Source: an uncultured delta proteobacterium (GTDB lineage Bacteria; Myxococcota_A; Polyangia; Polyangiales; Polyangiaceae). From it: DNA of 64,000 bases. The stretch lies in NCBI GenBank assembly GCA_963782055.1, contig CAWAIF010000003.1, positions 6,144,001-6,208,000 of the forward strand, read 5' to 3'. Under the pieces are notes generated by a model. The model was given only the letters and a program-made list of their open reading frames with translations. It was not told where the DNA came from and did no database searches. Below are positions 12,633 through 21,979 of this stretch, one piece after another (within the stretch, counting starts at the first letter, position 1; each line of letters opens with the position of its first letter). Made by a program: the position numbers and the translations under genes.

Positions 12633-13829
12633 ATGCCTCCGAAGACCTACAGCGACCTGCTGGCCGACACCAAGAAGCGCATCCAGGAGGTCTCCCTCGA
12701 CGAGCTCAGGCGCCGGCTGGACGCCGGCGAGCCGGTGGTGCTCGTCGACGTGCGGGAGAAGGAGGAGTACCGCGCCGGCTTCATCCCGGGCGCCATCTCG
12801 GTGCCGCGCGGCTTTTTGGAGCAGCAGATTGAGCAGAAGGTCCCGGACAAGACGGCGCGCGTGGTCGCCTACTGCGCCGGCGGCGTGCGCAGCGCCTTCG
12901 CGGCGGAGACGCTCGCGCAGCTCGGCTACGTCAACGTGGAGAGCGCCAACCCCGGCTTCGTCCGGTGGAAGGACCTCGGCCACCCCATCGACCATCCCCC
13001 CCAGCTCACCGAGTCGCAGCGCGACCGCTACTCCCGCCACATCCTCTTGCCGGAGGTGGGGGAGGCCGGGCAGGTCAAGCTGCTCAAGTCGAAGGTGCTG
13101 CTCCTCGGCGCCGGCGGCCTGGGCTCGCCCGCGGCGCTCTACCTGGCGGCGGCGGGCGTCGGCACCCTCGGGATCGTCGACGCCGACGTGGTGGACGCCT
13201 CCAACCTGCAGCGGCAGATCCTCCACGCCACCAGCCGCGTCGGCATGCCCAAGGTGGAGAGCGCGGCGAAGGCCATCGCCGACCTCAACCCCGACGTGAA
13301 GGTGATCCAGCACAGGGAGCGGATGACCAGCGAGAACGTGGAGCGCCTCTTCGCCGGCTACGATCTGGTCGTCGACGGGACGGACAATTTCCCGACACGC
13401 TACCTGGTCAACGACGCGAGCGTGTTCCTCGGCAAGCCTGTCGTGCACGGGTCCATCTTCCGCTTCGACGGCCAGGTGACGACCTTCGTGCCGAAGAAGG
13501 CGGCGCTCAAGTTCGGGGTGCCGGAGAGCCCGTGCTACCGGTGCCTGTACCCCGAGCCGCCGCCGCCGCACCTGGCGCCGAGCTGCCAGGAGGCGGGGGT
13601 GCTCGGGATCCTCTGCGGCATCATCGGCACCCTGCAGGCGACGGAGGCCATCAAGCTGATCCTCGGCAAGGGCGACGTCCTCGGCGGGCGCCTGCTCACC
13701 TACGACAGCCTGAAGATGCGCTTCCGCGAGCTGCGCCTGCGCAAGGACGCGGCATGCCCGGTGTGCGGCCCGAAGCCGAGTATCACCAGGTACGTGGACT
13801 ACGAGGGGTTCTGCGCGCTGGGGGCGTGA
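12633..13829 (+). CDS. moeB: Rhodanese + ThiF/MoeB adenylyltransferase (MoeZ-type)
   Basis: N-terminal rhodanese YCAGGVRS; RYSRHILL, GAGGLG, SNLQRQ, DGTDNF, CYRC...CPVC. Confidence 0.9.
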   Translation: MPPKTYSDLLADTKKRIQEVSLDELRRRLDAGEPVVLVDVREKEEYRAGFIPGAISVPRGFLEQQIEQKVPDKTARVVAYCAGGVRSAFAAETLAQLGYVNVESANPGFVRWKDLGHPIDHPPQLTESQRDRYSRHILLPEVGEAGQVKLLKSKVLLLGAGGLGSPAALYLAAAGVGTLGIVDADVVDASNLQRQILHATSRVGMPKVESAAKAIADLNPDVKVIQHRERMTSENVERLFAGYDLVVDGTDNFPTRYLVNDASVFLGKPVVHGSIFRFDGQVTTFVPKKAALKFGVPESPCYRCLYPEPPPPHLAPSCQEAGVLGILCGIIGTLQATEAIKLILGKGDVLGGRLLTYDSLKMRFRELRLRKDAACPVCGPKPSITRYVDYEGFCALGA

Positions 13830-13840
13830 TCCCGTAGTCC

Positions 13841-14665
13841 CTACTTCTGGCAGGCGCCCGTCACGCACTGCATCCCGAAGAACACGCAGTTGGTGCAGCC
13901 CTGTCCGCCCGAGCCGCAGGCGAAGGGCTGCGTGCCGACCGCGCAGACGCCGTCGGTCGTGCAGCAGCCGGCGCAGGTCTCGGGACCGCACGGCGGCCCC
14001 GCGTCGGAGCACACGCCGCCTCCACCGTCGAGGAGCTCGCAGTGGCCGGAAGCTTGGGCCGGGTTGCACCGCAGGCACGGCTCGCCCCCATGCCCGCAAG
14101 CGTTGTCGTGGCGCCCGGAAGCGCAGTACTCATCGCTGTCGCCGAAGCAACAGCCGTCGCAGTTCGCCGAGTTGCACGGCCCGCCCGTGGGGTAATAGCA
14201 GGTTGCGCCCTTGCAGATGTCCTCCTTTGGGCACACCTCGCATGGCTCGCCGTAGCCTCCGCACACCCAACCGGCATCGACGTCTGCGGGCCCCTGATAG
14301 CAACCGCCATCAGGGACACAGCAAGACTTCGGGCACGTGGCGAAGCCGCACCCGGCCGGGGTGACGTCCGGCTCGGCATCGACGCCCCCCTCACCGTCGA
14401 CGCCGGCGTGTGCCTCCTGCGAGCCGTCCGCAGCCGTGCCATCGAGGATGGTTCCATCCTCCGAAGCGTCATTGATCTCGTGGAGATACAGGCCCGTTCG
14501 GCTTCCGCACCCCTGCCAGCAGAGCGCCATGAAGCACGCCCCCGCGATCGCGAGGAAGCCCCATCGGCGCGGCGTCCCCATCAGCCCCATCAGAGGAGCG
14601 CCGCGCCAACCGGTCTGCATAGGCCAACGCGGAGCGTTCAATTCGTAAGGGTGACGCTGTCGCAC
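13841..14665 (-). CDS. Cys-rich lipoprotein, cassette 1 gene B (start uncertain)
   Basis: GCGSRTGL motif, D/A/G linker, repeated C..CxGCC...C..G....ACG..G..C units. Confidence 0.8.
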   Translation of the reverse strand: MRQRHPYELNAPRWPMQTGWRGAPLMGLMGTPRRWGFLAIAGACFMALCWQGCGSRTGLYLHEINDASEDGTILDGTAADGSQEAHAGVDGEGGVDAEPDVTPAGCGFATCPKSCCVPDGGCYQGPADVDAGWVCGGYGEPCEVCPKEDICKGATCYYPTGGPCNSANCDGCCFGDSDEYCASGRHDNACGHGGEPCLRCNPAQASGHCELLDGGGGVCSDAGPPCGPETCAGCCTTDGVCAVGTQPFACGSGGQGCTNCVFFGMQCVTGACQK

Positions 14666-15279
14666 GGGGAGCCACCGCAGAGATTCGTATTCGCGCAGAG
14701 ATCTCCGCCACTGAAGGACACCTTCGTCCCCCAGGCGCTATTCTCGAAGTAGCCATCCTCCCCGCCCGGCAGCGAGCCAGGGTAGTACGAGTACACGTTG
14801 TTGGACCAGTAGACCCAGAAGCAGGTGGGGGACCCGAGACAGAACTGATCACTATCAAGATTCTCTGTACCCTGCCCGGCGAGACAAAGCCGCGCGAAGC
14901 TGCCCGAAGTAGGGCAGTTACTCACATCGTAGACCCAGAGGTCGCTGTACGCACAATTGGGGTCCCCCGAGATCGCCGCCGACTGCTGGGCCACTGCTTC
15001 CCCACCGCCGGTCACGCTCGTGCCTGGATCGGGCTGAGGCGCAGGTTGGTGGTTGAGGAACGCCTTCTTCGCGGCCAGCTCCCTCGCGTATTGTTCGGGT
15101 GACGCGACGTAGTGGTACGTGTGCAGCTTCCCGTCGGGCCCGACGCGGATCACCGTCGTGTCCACGCCGTCGGTGGGCGGCGTCGCCCCACCCGAGGAAC
15201 ACCCGGCTCCGACGAGAACACCCACCGCGACCATCGCGAGCACACCGATCCAGCGTCCAGAAATCTTGTTCTTGACCAT
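14638..15279 (-). CDS. Secreted lipoprotein, cassette 1 gene A
   Basis: GAGGT RBS then MVKNKISGRW...GAGC; propeptide-like segment ending QQSAAI; Cys-containing C-terminal domain. Confidence 0.85.
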   Translation of the reverse strand: MVKNKISGRWIGVLAMVAVGVLVGAGCSSGGATPPTDGVDTTVIRVGPDGKLHTYHYVASPEQYARELAAKKAFLNHQPAPQPDPGTSVTGGGEAVAQQSAAISGDPNCAYSDLWVYDVSNCPTSGSFARLCLAGQGTENLDSDQFCLGSPTCFWVYWSNNVYSYYPGSLPGGEDGYFENSAWGTKVSFSGGDLCANTNLCGGSPCDSVTLTN

Positions 15280-15298
15280 CTTGCACCTCACAGGATTG

Positions 15299-16798
15299 GT
15301 CTCTGCTTAGCGGCCGGAAGACGGCCCGCGGCCCGGGCGTGACGTCGACCGTCGGAGGACTCGCCGGCTAGTGGGCAAAGACAGACGGAGGCGGCTTGCC
15401 GTGGAGGTGACTTTCGTACAGCCCGATGACGAAGCCCCGAAGCGGGAGCCGGCACTTGCGCCGCGTCTGCGTGATGCTCATCCAGTGCGCCAGGGTGGCG
15501 CTGCCGGCGGCCGAGCGCGTTCCGCCGGTCATCGCGCGGTGCCGCCCGTGGGCGCGGATGTCGCGTTCGGTCGCGTTGTTCGTGGCCGGGACGTCGGGGC
15601 GGTCGATGAAGAGCGTCACCCCCACCTTGTGCTCGTCGAGGCGCTCCTGCAGCCGGACGATGTCCGGGAACTCCACGAAGTTGGTGCTGCTGATGAGATG
15701 GCCGAGGCGGATGCGCGCGCCTCGGCGCTGCTCGGGATCGCCGCTCGCCGCGGCGTGCTTGCCCGCGACGTAGAAGCCGATGAGTCGGTCGCGGCGCACG
15801 GGGTGAGCTCGGCGATCTTCTTGGCCTCGCGGATGGTGTGCGCACCGCAGTAGGCGTGGGTCCAGCCGTCGTGACTCGTGTACACGCCGTAGAAGTCGGT
15901 GCACAGGACTCCTTTGAAGCTCGCGCCGAGCATCGACTCGGCGACCCACGCGCCGCGCGACAGCTCGGCGCGGAAGACCGAGACGCGGTCGGTGCGCATC
16001 AGCCACATCCAACCCGGCACGCCGTCCTGTCGATGGCCGCTCTCGTCGAGGCCCGCCACGGGCGATGCGCGCACCGCGTCGACCAGCTCGTCGTAGCTCG
16101 GCGCCGAGCGGCGTCGCAATCGGTCGAACATCTGCGCCAGGCCGCCGGTCGTGATCGAGATGCCGAGCCACTGTCCGAGGAACGCACTGATCTTGCCCAG
16201 CGGCATGTCGCGCTCGAAGCGCAGGTCCAGCGCCATCGCCTGCACGTTGGGGCCGAACGACACCGCGGCGACGCTCTTGCCCGCCGCCGGCGCGCCCGGC
16301 AGCTTCGCGACCACGCGCTTGTGGCACACCTCGCAGCTGCCGACGTGCGCCACGTGATGCGTCTGCCGCGGCTGCACCACTGGGATGTCGGTGACGACTG
16401 TGCTGTCCGTCTCGCCCGTCGCCACGACTGCCCCGCCACAGCTGCACGTCGCCGGCATCTCGTGCACGACTTCGTCGTCGACGTGGGCCGGTGCGGCGGG
16501 CCGCGATCCGACATGGCCCACCTTGCGGCCGCGCGGCTTGCCCGAGGGCGCCCGCCGACCCTCGGAGCGCGACGTCCGCCGCTTCCCGCGCTCCCGGAAC
16601 CCGCGCTTCCACTCCTCGATCTCCTTGCGCAGCTTCGCCAGCTCTTCGCGAAGCGCGGCGTTCTCCTGCTCCAGCTCCTGGATCCGCTGCTCGGGCGTCA
16701 CGTGATCCGGGATGCTCCCGATCAGGCCCCATGGAAAGAACTTCTCGCATCAGGAACGAAGAATGGACCCACAGTGTGCGACACCGCTAAGCAGACAC
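15299..16798 (-). mobile_element. IS66-family element (single ORF), transposase frameshifted
   Basis: IRs GTCTCTGCTTAGCGG / GTGTCTGCTTAGCGG; 8-bp TSD CAGGATTG; 16-bp deletion near 15795 relative to intact copy 57898..59247. Confidence 0.9.
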
Positions 16799-16845
16799 CA
16801 GGATTGTGCCCCCCCCCCGCGTCGCCGCGGGATGAGTGCACCGCG

Positions 16846-16917
16846 ATGACAGCACCGCCGGCTGAGCCGTGCAAGGGGAAAAGGACGCAGGCGAGACCAC
16901 TACCAGCTAGCGGGTAG
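16846..16917 (-). promoter_or_regulatory. Conserved cassette promoter and palindromic operator (unit 1)
   Basis: TTGCAC-17 bp-TGTCAT on minus strand; CTACCAGCTAGCGGGTAG palindrome at 16900-16917; conserved in five places. Confidence 0.55.
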
Positions 16918-17007
16918 ATCGTTTGCCCCGCTCGCCTGGCCCATGCGGTCGAGGCCGGTCCACCTCGCTGATGGCCCCCTGCGTCAGAGCTGCCAGGAGG
17001 GGGGTCG

Positions 17008-17111
17008 GCGAGCTGCGCCTGCGCAAGGACGCGGCGTGCCCGGTGTGCGGCCCGAGGCCGAGCATCACCAAGTACGTGGACTACGAGGGCTTCTGCGCGC
17101 TGGGGGCGTGA
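17008..17111 (+). repeat. Duplicated moeB 3' end (copy a)
   Basis: Encodes ELRLRKDAACPVCGPRPSITKYVDYEGFCALGA*, nearly identical to the moeB end. Confidence 0.95.
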
Positions 17112-17122
17112 CCGCGTAGTCC

Positions 17123-17941
17123 CTACTTCCGGCAGGCGCCCGTCACGCACTGCATCCCGAAGAACACGCAGTTGGTGCAGCCCTGTCCGCCCGAGCCGCA
17201 GGCGAAGGGCTGGGTGCCCACCGCGCAGACGCCGTCGGTCGTGCAGCAGCCGGCGCAGGTCTGGGGGCTGCACGGGGGGCCCGCGTCGGAGCACACGCCA
17301 CCGCCGCCGTCGAGCAGCTCGCAGTGGGCGGAGCCCAGCTTCGGCTTGCACAGCGAGCACGGCAGACCGCCGTGCCCACACGCGTTGTCGTGTCGTCCGG
17401 AGGAGCAGTAGTCGTTTCCGTAGCAGCACCCGTCGCAGTTGGAGGGGTTACACGGACCATCCGTATTGATCAAACAGGATTGGCTCTTGCAGAAATAGCC
17501 CTTTGGGCACGTCTCACACGGCTCGCCGAAGCCCCCACACACCTGATGGTCCGGATCTTGGGGCCCCTGGAAGCAACCGCCGTCCGGGAGACAGCAAGTC
17601 GAACAAGTATCGAAGCCGCAACCGGTGGGGATGACGTCCGGCTCGGCGTCGACGCCTCCCTCCGCATCGAGGGCGGCGTCGGTCTCCTGCGATGCGTCCC
17701 GCGCCGCGCCATCGAGGATGGTTCCATCGTCCGATGCATCGCTGACGTCGTTGAGATACAGGCCCGTTCGACTTCCGCAGCCCCACCACGAGACGGACAC
17801 GACGCACGCCCCGGCGATCATGAGGAATGCCCATCGGCGCGGCGCCTCCGTCGGGGGAGCGCCGCGCCGACCATTCCGCGGAAGCCGCCGGGCAGCGCTC
17901 AATTCGTGAGGGTGAGGGTGTCGCACGGGGACCCACCGCAC
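17123..17941 (-). CDS. Cys-rich lipoprotein, cassette 2 gene B (start uncertain)
   Basis: Paralogue of 13841..14665 with the same GCGSRTGLY motif and C-terminus. Confidence 0.8.
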   Translation of the reverse strand: MRWVPVRHPHPHELSAARRLPRNGRRGAPPTEAPRRWAFLMIAGACVVSVSWWGCGSRTGLYLNDVSDASDDGTILDGAARDASQETDAALDAEGGVDAEPDVIPTGCGFDTCSTCCLPDGGCFQGPQDPDHQVCGGFGEPCETCPKGYFCKSQSCLINTDGPCNPSNCDGCCYGNDYCSSGRHDNACGHGGLPCSLCKPKLGSAHCELLDGGGGVCSDAGPPCSPQTCAGCCTTDGVCAVGTQPFACGSGGQGCTNCVFFGMQCVTGACRK

Positions 17942-18189
17942 AGGTTCGTGTTCGTGCAGTTATCTCCACCACTGAAGTACACCTTCGTCCCCCACGCCGT
18001 ATTCTCGAAGTATCCGTCCTCCCCGCCAGGGATACTACCCGGCCAGTACGAGTACACGTTGTTGGACCAGTACACGGTGAAGCAGGTTCCACCGCTGCAG
18101 AGCAAGAACGTGTCGTTGTCGAGGTTCTCCGTACCCTGACCCGCAAAGCAGACCCGCATCCAGCGTCCAGAAATCTTGTTCTTGACCAT
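17899..18189 (-). pseudogene. Cassette 2 gene A with in-frame internal deletion
   Basis: MVKNKISGRW fused directly to RVCFAGQG; signal and pro-region missing. Confidence 0.8.
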
Positions 18190-18244
18190 CTTGCACCTCA
18201 GAGGATTGTGCCCCCCCGCGTCGCCGCGGGATCAGTGCACCGCG

Positions 18245-18316
18245 ATGACAGCACCGCCGGCTGAGCCGTGCAAGGGGGAAATGACGCAGGCGAGACCACT
18301 ACCAGCTAGCGGGTAG
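18245..18316 (-). promoter_or_regulatory. Conserved cassette promoter/operator (unit 2)
   Basis: Same TTGCAC-17-TGTCAT and CTACCAGCTAGCGGGTAG. Confidence 0.55.
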
Positions 18317-18405
18317 ATCGTTTGCCCCGCTCGCCCGGCCTACGCGGTCGAGGCCGACCCACCTCGCTGACGTCCCCCTGCGTCAGAGCTGGCGGGAGGT
18401 GGGTG

Positions 18406-18513
18406 TTCCGCGAGCTGCGCCTGCGCAAGGACACGGCATGCCCGGTGTGCGGCCAGAAGCCGAGCATCACCAGGTACGTGGACTACGAGGGGTTCTGCAC
18501 GCCGGGGGCGTGA
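18406..18513 (+). repeat. Duplicated moeB 3' end (copy b)
   Basis: FRELRLRKDTACPVCGQKPSITRYVDYEGFCTPGA*. Confidence 0.95.
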
Positions 18514-18526
18514 TCGCTCTGACTTA

Positions 18527-19225
18527 CTACTTGCTGCACACCTGTTCGACGCAATGCGTCCCGTGAAAGACGCAATCGTCGCAGGCGACACCGCCCTTGC
18601 CGCAGGCGAACGGCTGCGTCCCGATGGCGCAGGTGCCGTCTGCCGTGCAGCACCCGGGGCAGTTGTCCGGGGAGCATGGGGGCGCGGCGTCGAGGCACTC
18701 GCCTCCGCCCGCTTCCAGAGGCGTGCACGGGTCGCACGCGTCGCAGTGCCCCCCCCCGTGACCACACGCCCGCGCGTGGATGCCGCTCGCGCACCAGTCG
18801 GTTCCTTGGAAGCAGCAGCCCTCGCAGTTGGACGCGTTGCACGGGCCGTCCGTGAAGTGGAAGCACGTGCCCTGCTTGCAGTACCCGGCCTCGGGACACG
18901 TCTCACAGGCCTCTCCGTGGTCGCCGCACTGCGACTGGTTTGGTTGGGGCTCGATGCACGTCCCGTCCGGCGTGCAGCACCCCTTCTCGCAGGTCGCCAG
19001 GCCGCACCCGCCCTCCGCGCCGCCGTCGACATCCATGTTGGAGTCGGCGTCGGCTTCGGCTTCGGGTGCGTCGCCGAACCCATCTTCCGCAACTGTACCG
19101 TCCACGGCGCCATCCTGAACGAGGCCCCCCCCGAGCCCCGTTCGACTACCGCATCCACCGATGCCGAGGTCGACGGGCAGCGCGGACGCCAGCGCAACGA
19201 TGAGCAGACGATGCCAGCGCACCAC
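18527..19225 (-). CDS. Cys-rich lipoprotein, cassette 3 gene B (second subtype)
   Basis: GCGSRTGL; C-terminus CSPDNCPGCC...GTQPFACGKGG. Confidence 0.8.
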   Translation of the reverse strand: MVRWHRLLIVALASALPVDLGIGGCGSRTGLGGGLVQDGAVDGTVAEDGFGDAPEAEADADSNMDVDGGAEGGCGLATCEKGCCTPDGTCIEPQPNQSQCGDHGEACETCPEAGYCKQGTCFHFTDGPCNASNCEGCCFQGTDWCASGIHARACGHGGGHCDACDPCTPLEAGGGECLDAAPPCSPDNCPGCCTADGTCAIGTQPFACGKGGVACDDCVFHGTHCVEQVCSK

Positions 19226-19244
19226 GATCGCCTTGTCGGACCGA

Positions 19245-19871
19245 TCAGTCGGTCAGCACCAGCGTGTCGCAGTCACCACCAGGGTTGCAGAGGTTGGTGT
19301 TGGTGCATCCCTGATTGGCACTGAAGCTCACCTGGGTTCCCCAAGCATTGTTCTCGAAATACCCAACCTCCGATCCGGGGGAGAACGAGTACACGTTGGC
19401 GTCCCAGTACACATAGAAGCAGCTTCCACCGCAGATGTAGAAGCCCTGGTTGTCGAGATTCGCCGTTCCCGAGCCGTTGAAGCAGATGCGGGCGGAGCCA
19501 CTGCCGGGGCATCCGCTCTGATCGTAGACCCAGAGATCACCGCCCGCGCAGGTCACCACCGAGATCGCCGCCGACTGCTGGGAGACGTCTTCCCCGCTCC
19601 CCGTGACGCTCGTGCCCGGATCGGGTTGCGGCGCAGTCTCGTGGTTGAGGAACGCCTTCTTGGCTGCCAGCTCCCTCGCGTACTGCTCGGGGGACGCGAC
19701 GTAGTGGTACGTGTGCAGCTTCCCGTCGGGCCCGACGCGGATCACCGTCGTGTCCACGCCGTCGGTGGGCGGCGTCGCCCCACCCGAGGAACACCCGCCT
19801 CCGACGAGGACGCCCACCGCCACCATCGCGAGCACACCAATCCAGCGCCCAGAAATCTTGTTCTTGACCAT
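19245..19871 (-). CDS. Secreted lipoprotein, cassette 3 gene A
   Basis: N-terminal ~75 aa nearly identical to cassette 1 gene A; C-terminal domain divergent. Confidence 0.85.
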   Translation of the reverse strand: MVKNKISGRWIGVLAMVAVGVLVGGGCSSGGATPPTDGVDTTVIRVGPDGKLHTYHYVASPEQYARELAAKKAFLNHETAPQPDPGTSVTGSGEDVSQQSAAISVVTCAGGDLWVYDQSGCPGSGSARICFNGSGTANLDNQGFYICGGSCFYVYWDANVYSFSPGSEVGYFENNAWGTQVSFSANQGCTNTNLCNPGGDCDTLVLTD

Positions 19872-19934
19872 CTTGCACCTCACAGGATTGTGCCCCCCGC
19901 CCCCCCGCGTCGCCGCGGGGGGGGTGCAGTCCCG

Positions 19935-20015
19935 ATGACAGCACCGCCGGCTGAGCCGTGCAAGGGGAAAGGACGGGAAAGGACGCCGACGGGACCACTA
20001 CCAGCTAGTGGGTGG
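19935..20015 (-). promoter_or_regulatory. Conserved cassette promoter/operator (unit 3)
   Basis: TTGCAC-17-TGTCAT; CTACCAGCTAGTGGGTGG. Confidence 0.55.
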
Positions 20016-20119
20016 ATCGTTTGCCCCGCTCGCCTGGCCTACGCGGTCGAGGCCGGTCCACCTCGCTGACGTCCCCCCGCGTCAGAGCCGCGAGGAGGCG
20101 GGGATCCCCGAGCCACGCG

Positions 20120-20215
20120 TGCGCAAGGACGCGGCGTGCCCGGTGTGCGACCCGAACGAAGCCGAGCATCACCAGGTACGTGGACTACGAGGGGTTCTGC
20201 GCGCTGGGGGCGTGA
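20120..20215 (+). repeat. Duplicated moeB 3' end (copy c, decayed)
   Basis: RKDAACPVC...KPSITRYVDYEGFCALGA* with a small insertion. Confidence 0.9.
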
Positions 20216-20226
20216 TCCCGTAGTCC

Positions 20227-20985
20227 CTACTTCTGGCAGGCGCCCGTCACGCACTGCATCCCGAAGAACACGCAGTTGGTGCAGTCCTGCCCGCCCGAGC
20301 CGCAGGCGAAGGGCTGCGTGCCCACCGCGCAGACGCCGTCGGTCGTGCAGCAGCCGGCGCACGTTTCCGGGTCGCAAGGCGGGCCCGCGTCGGAGCACAC
20401 GCCACCGCCGCCGTCGAGCAGCTCGCAGTGACCGGAACCTTCGGCCGGGTTGCAGCGCAGGCACGGCTCGCCCCCATGCCCGCAGGAGTTATCGTGTCGG
20501 CCTGTGGAGCAGTAGTCGTTGCCGTAGCAGCAGCCGTCGCAATTCGAGGGGCTGCACGGCCCGTCGGTAGCGCGCAAGCAGCTGCCCTTGCAGAAGAACC
20601 CTGCGTCCACATCACACTTCTCACACGGCTCGCCGTAGCCGCCACATGCCTGGTTCCAGTCCTTCTGCGGCAGGACACACTGACCATCGGACGCACAGCA
20701 ACCGTCTGGACAGGTCTGGAAGCCGCAACCTGTCGGGATGACGTCCGGCGCCGCGTCGACGCCGCCCTCCGCATCAAGGTTGGCGTCTGCTTCCTCTGAG
20801 CCGTCGGCGGCACCATCGGGGACCGTGCCATCGGCCGAGGCGTCGCCGATCTCGTTCAGATACAAACCAGTACGGCTTCCACACGCTTCTACACCGAGGA
20901 CCCAGATAGCGACACAGGTACACACGGACAGGAGCGTCAGAGCGGTAGGGGACCTCGGCAGCATGCGTTTCGGCACCACGCCCAC
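20227..20985 (-). CDS. Cys-rich lipoprotein, cassette 4 gene B
   Basis: ACGSRTGLY; C-terminus nearly identical to cassettes 1 and 2. Confidence 0.8.
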   Translation of the reverse strand: MGVVPKRMLPRSPTALTLLSVCTCVAIWVLGVEACGSRTGLYLNEIGDASADGTVPDGAADGSEEADANLDAEGGVDAAPDVIPTGCGFQTCPDGCCASDGQCVLPQKDWNQACGGYGEPCEKCDVDAGFFCKGSCLRATDGPCSPSNCDGCCYGNDYCSTGRHDNSCGHGGEPCLRCNPAEGSGHCELLDGGGGVCSDAGPPCDPETCAGCCTTDGVCAVGTQPFACGSGGQDCTNCVFFGMQCVTGACQK

Positions 20986-20990
20986 CTCAA

Positions 20991-21625
20991 CTAGTTGGTG
21001 AGCGTCAAGTAGTCGCAGTCTCCGCCCGGGTTACAGAGGTTCGTGTTGGCACAGCTGGTGTTGCTGCCTCCACTGAATGACACCTGGGTGCCCCACGCAC
21101 CATTCTCGAAATATCCGTCCTCGGTCCCCGGCCAGTACGAGTACACGTTGTGGGACCAGTACACGCTGAAGCAGGTGCCACCGCTGCAGAGCAAGAACGT
21201 GTCGTTGTCGAGGACCTCCGTACCTTGCCCGTAGAAACACACTCGCGCGAAGGTGCCCGAAAGAGGGCAGCTGCTCACGTCGTAGACCCAGATGTCGTTC
21301 GGGTCGCAGCCACTATCCTTGGTGATGGCGGAGGCCTGTTGCCCCACGGCTTCCCCCCCAGCCGTACCTTGCGGCAAATCGGCGGCCCGCGCACGCGGGT
21401 CGAGCACGTGCTTCTTCGCCGCCACCTCCCGCGCGTACTGCTCGGGGGAGGCGACGTAGTGGTACGTGTGCAGCTTCCCGTCGGGCCCGACGCGGATCAC
21501 CGTCGTGTCCACGCCGTCGGTGGGCGGCGTCGCCCCACCCGAGGAACACCCGCCTCCGACGAGACGCCCACCGCCACCATCGCGAGCACACCGATCCAGC
21601 GCCCAGAAATCTTGTTCTTGACCAT
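20991..21625 (-). pseudogene. Cassette 4 gene A, 1-bp deletion in signal region
   Basis: CCGACGAGACG at ~21562 versus CCGACGAGGACG in unit 3; rest of ORF intact. Confidence 0.75.
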
Positions 21626-21684
21626 CTTGCACCTCACAGGATTGTGCCCCCCCCCGCGCGTCGCCACGGGATGGGTGCACCCCG

Positions 21685-21745
21685 ATGACAGCACCGCCGG
21701 CTGAGCCGCGCAAGGAGAAAGTGCTCACTACACCCTAGTGGGTAG
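21685..21745 (-). promoter_or_regulatory. Conserved cassette promoter/operator (unit 4)
   Basis: TTGCGC-17-TGTCAT; CTACACCCTAGTGGGTAG. Confidence 0.5.
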
Positions 21746-21791
21746 ACCATCTGTCCCACCCGCTCGGTCGACCCTGACCAGCTAGTTTGCT

Positions 21792-21952
21792 AGGGCGACG
21801 TGCTGGGCGGGCGCCTGGTCACCTACGACAGCCTGAAGATGCGCTTCCGCGAGCTGCGCCTGCGCAAGGACGCGGCGTGCCCGGTGTGCGGGCCGAAGCC
21901 GAGCATCACCAAGTACGTGGACTACGAGGGGTTCTGCGCGCTGGGGGCGTGA
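21792..21952 (+). repeat. Duplicated moeB 3' end (copy d, longest)
   Basis: 161 bp, GDVLGGRLVTYDSLKMRFRELRLRK...CALGA*; differences from moeB mostly synonymous. Confidence 0.95.
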
Positions 21953-21979
21953 TCGGGGCGTGATCGCCGCGACTCCCTG

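Noticed and set aside
12633..15279. MoeB as an E1-like modifier of the neighbouring Cys-rich proteins (RiPP or ubiquitin-like system)
   Set aside because: Neighbours are convergent, have export signals and lack C-terminal Gly-Gly; MoeB looks like the housekeeping enzyme
16923..20223. Short plus-strand ORFs MPRSPG...FCALGA as real genes
   Set aside because: Chance extensions of the duplicated moeB tails; upstream frames are not conserved between copies
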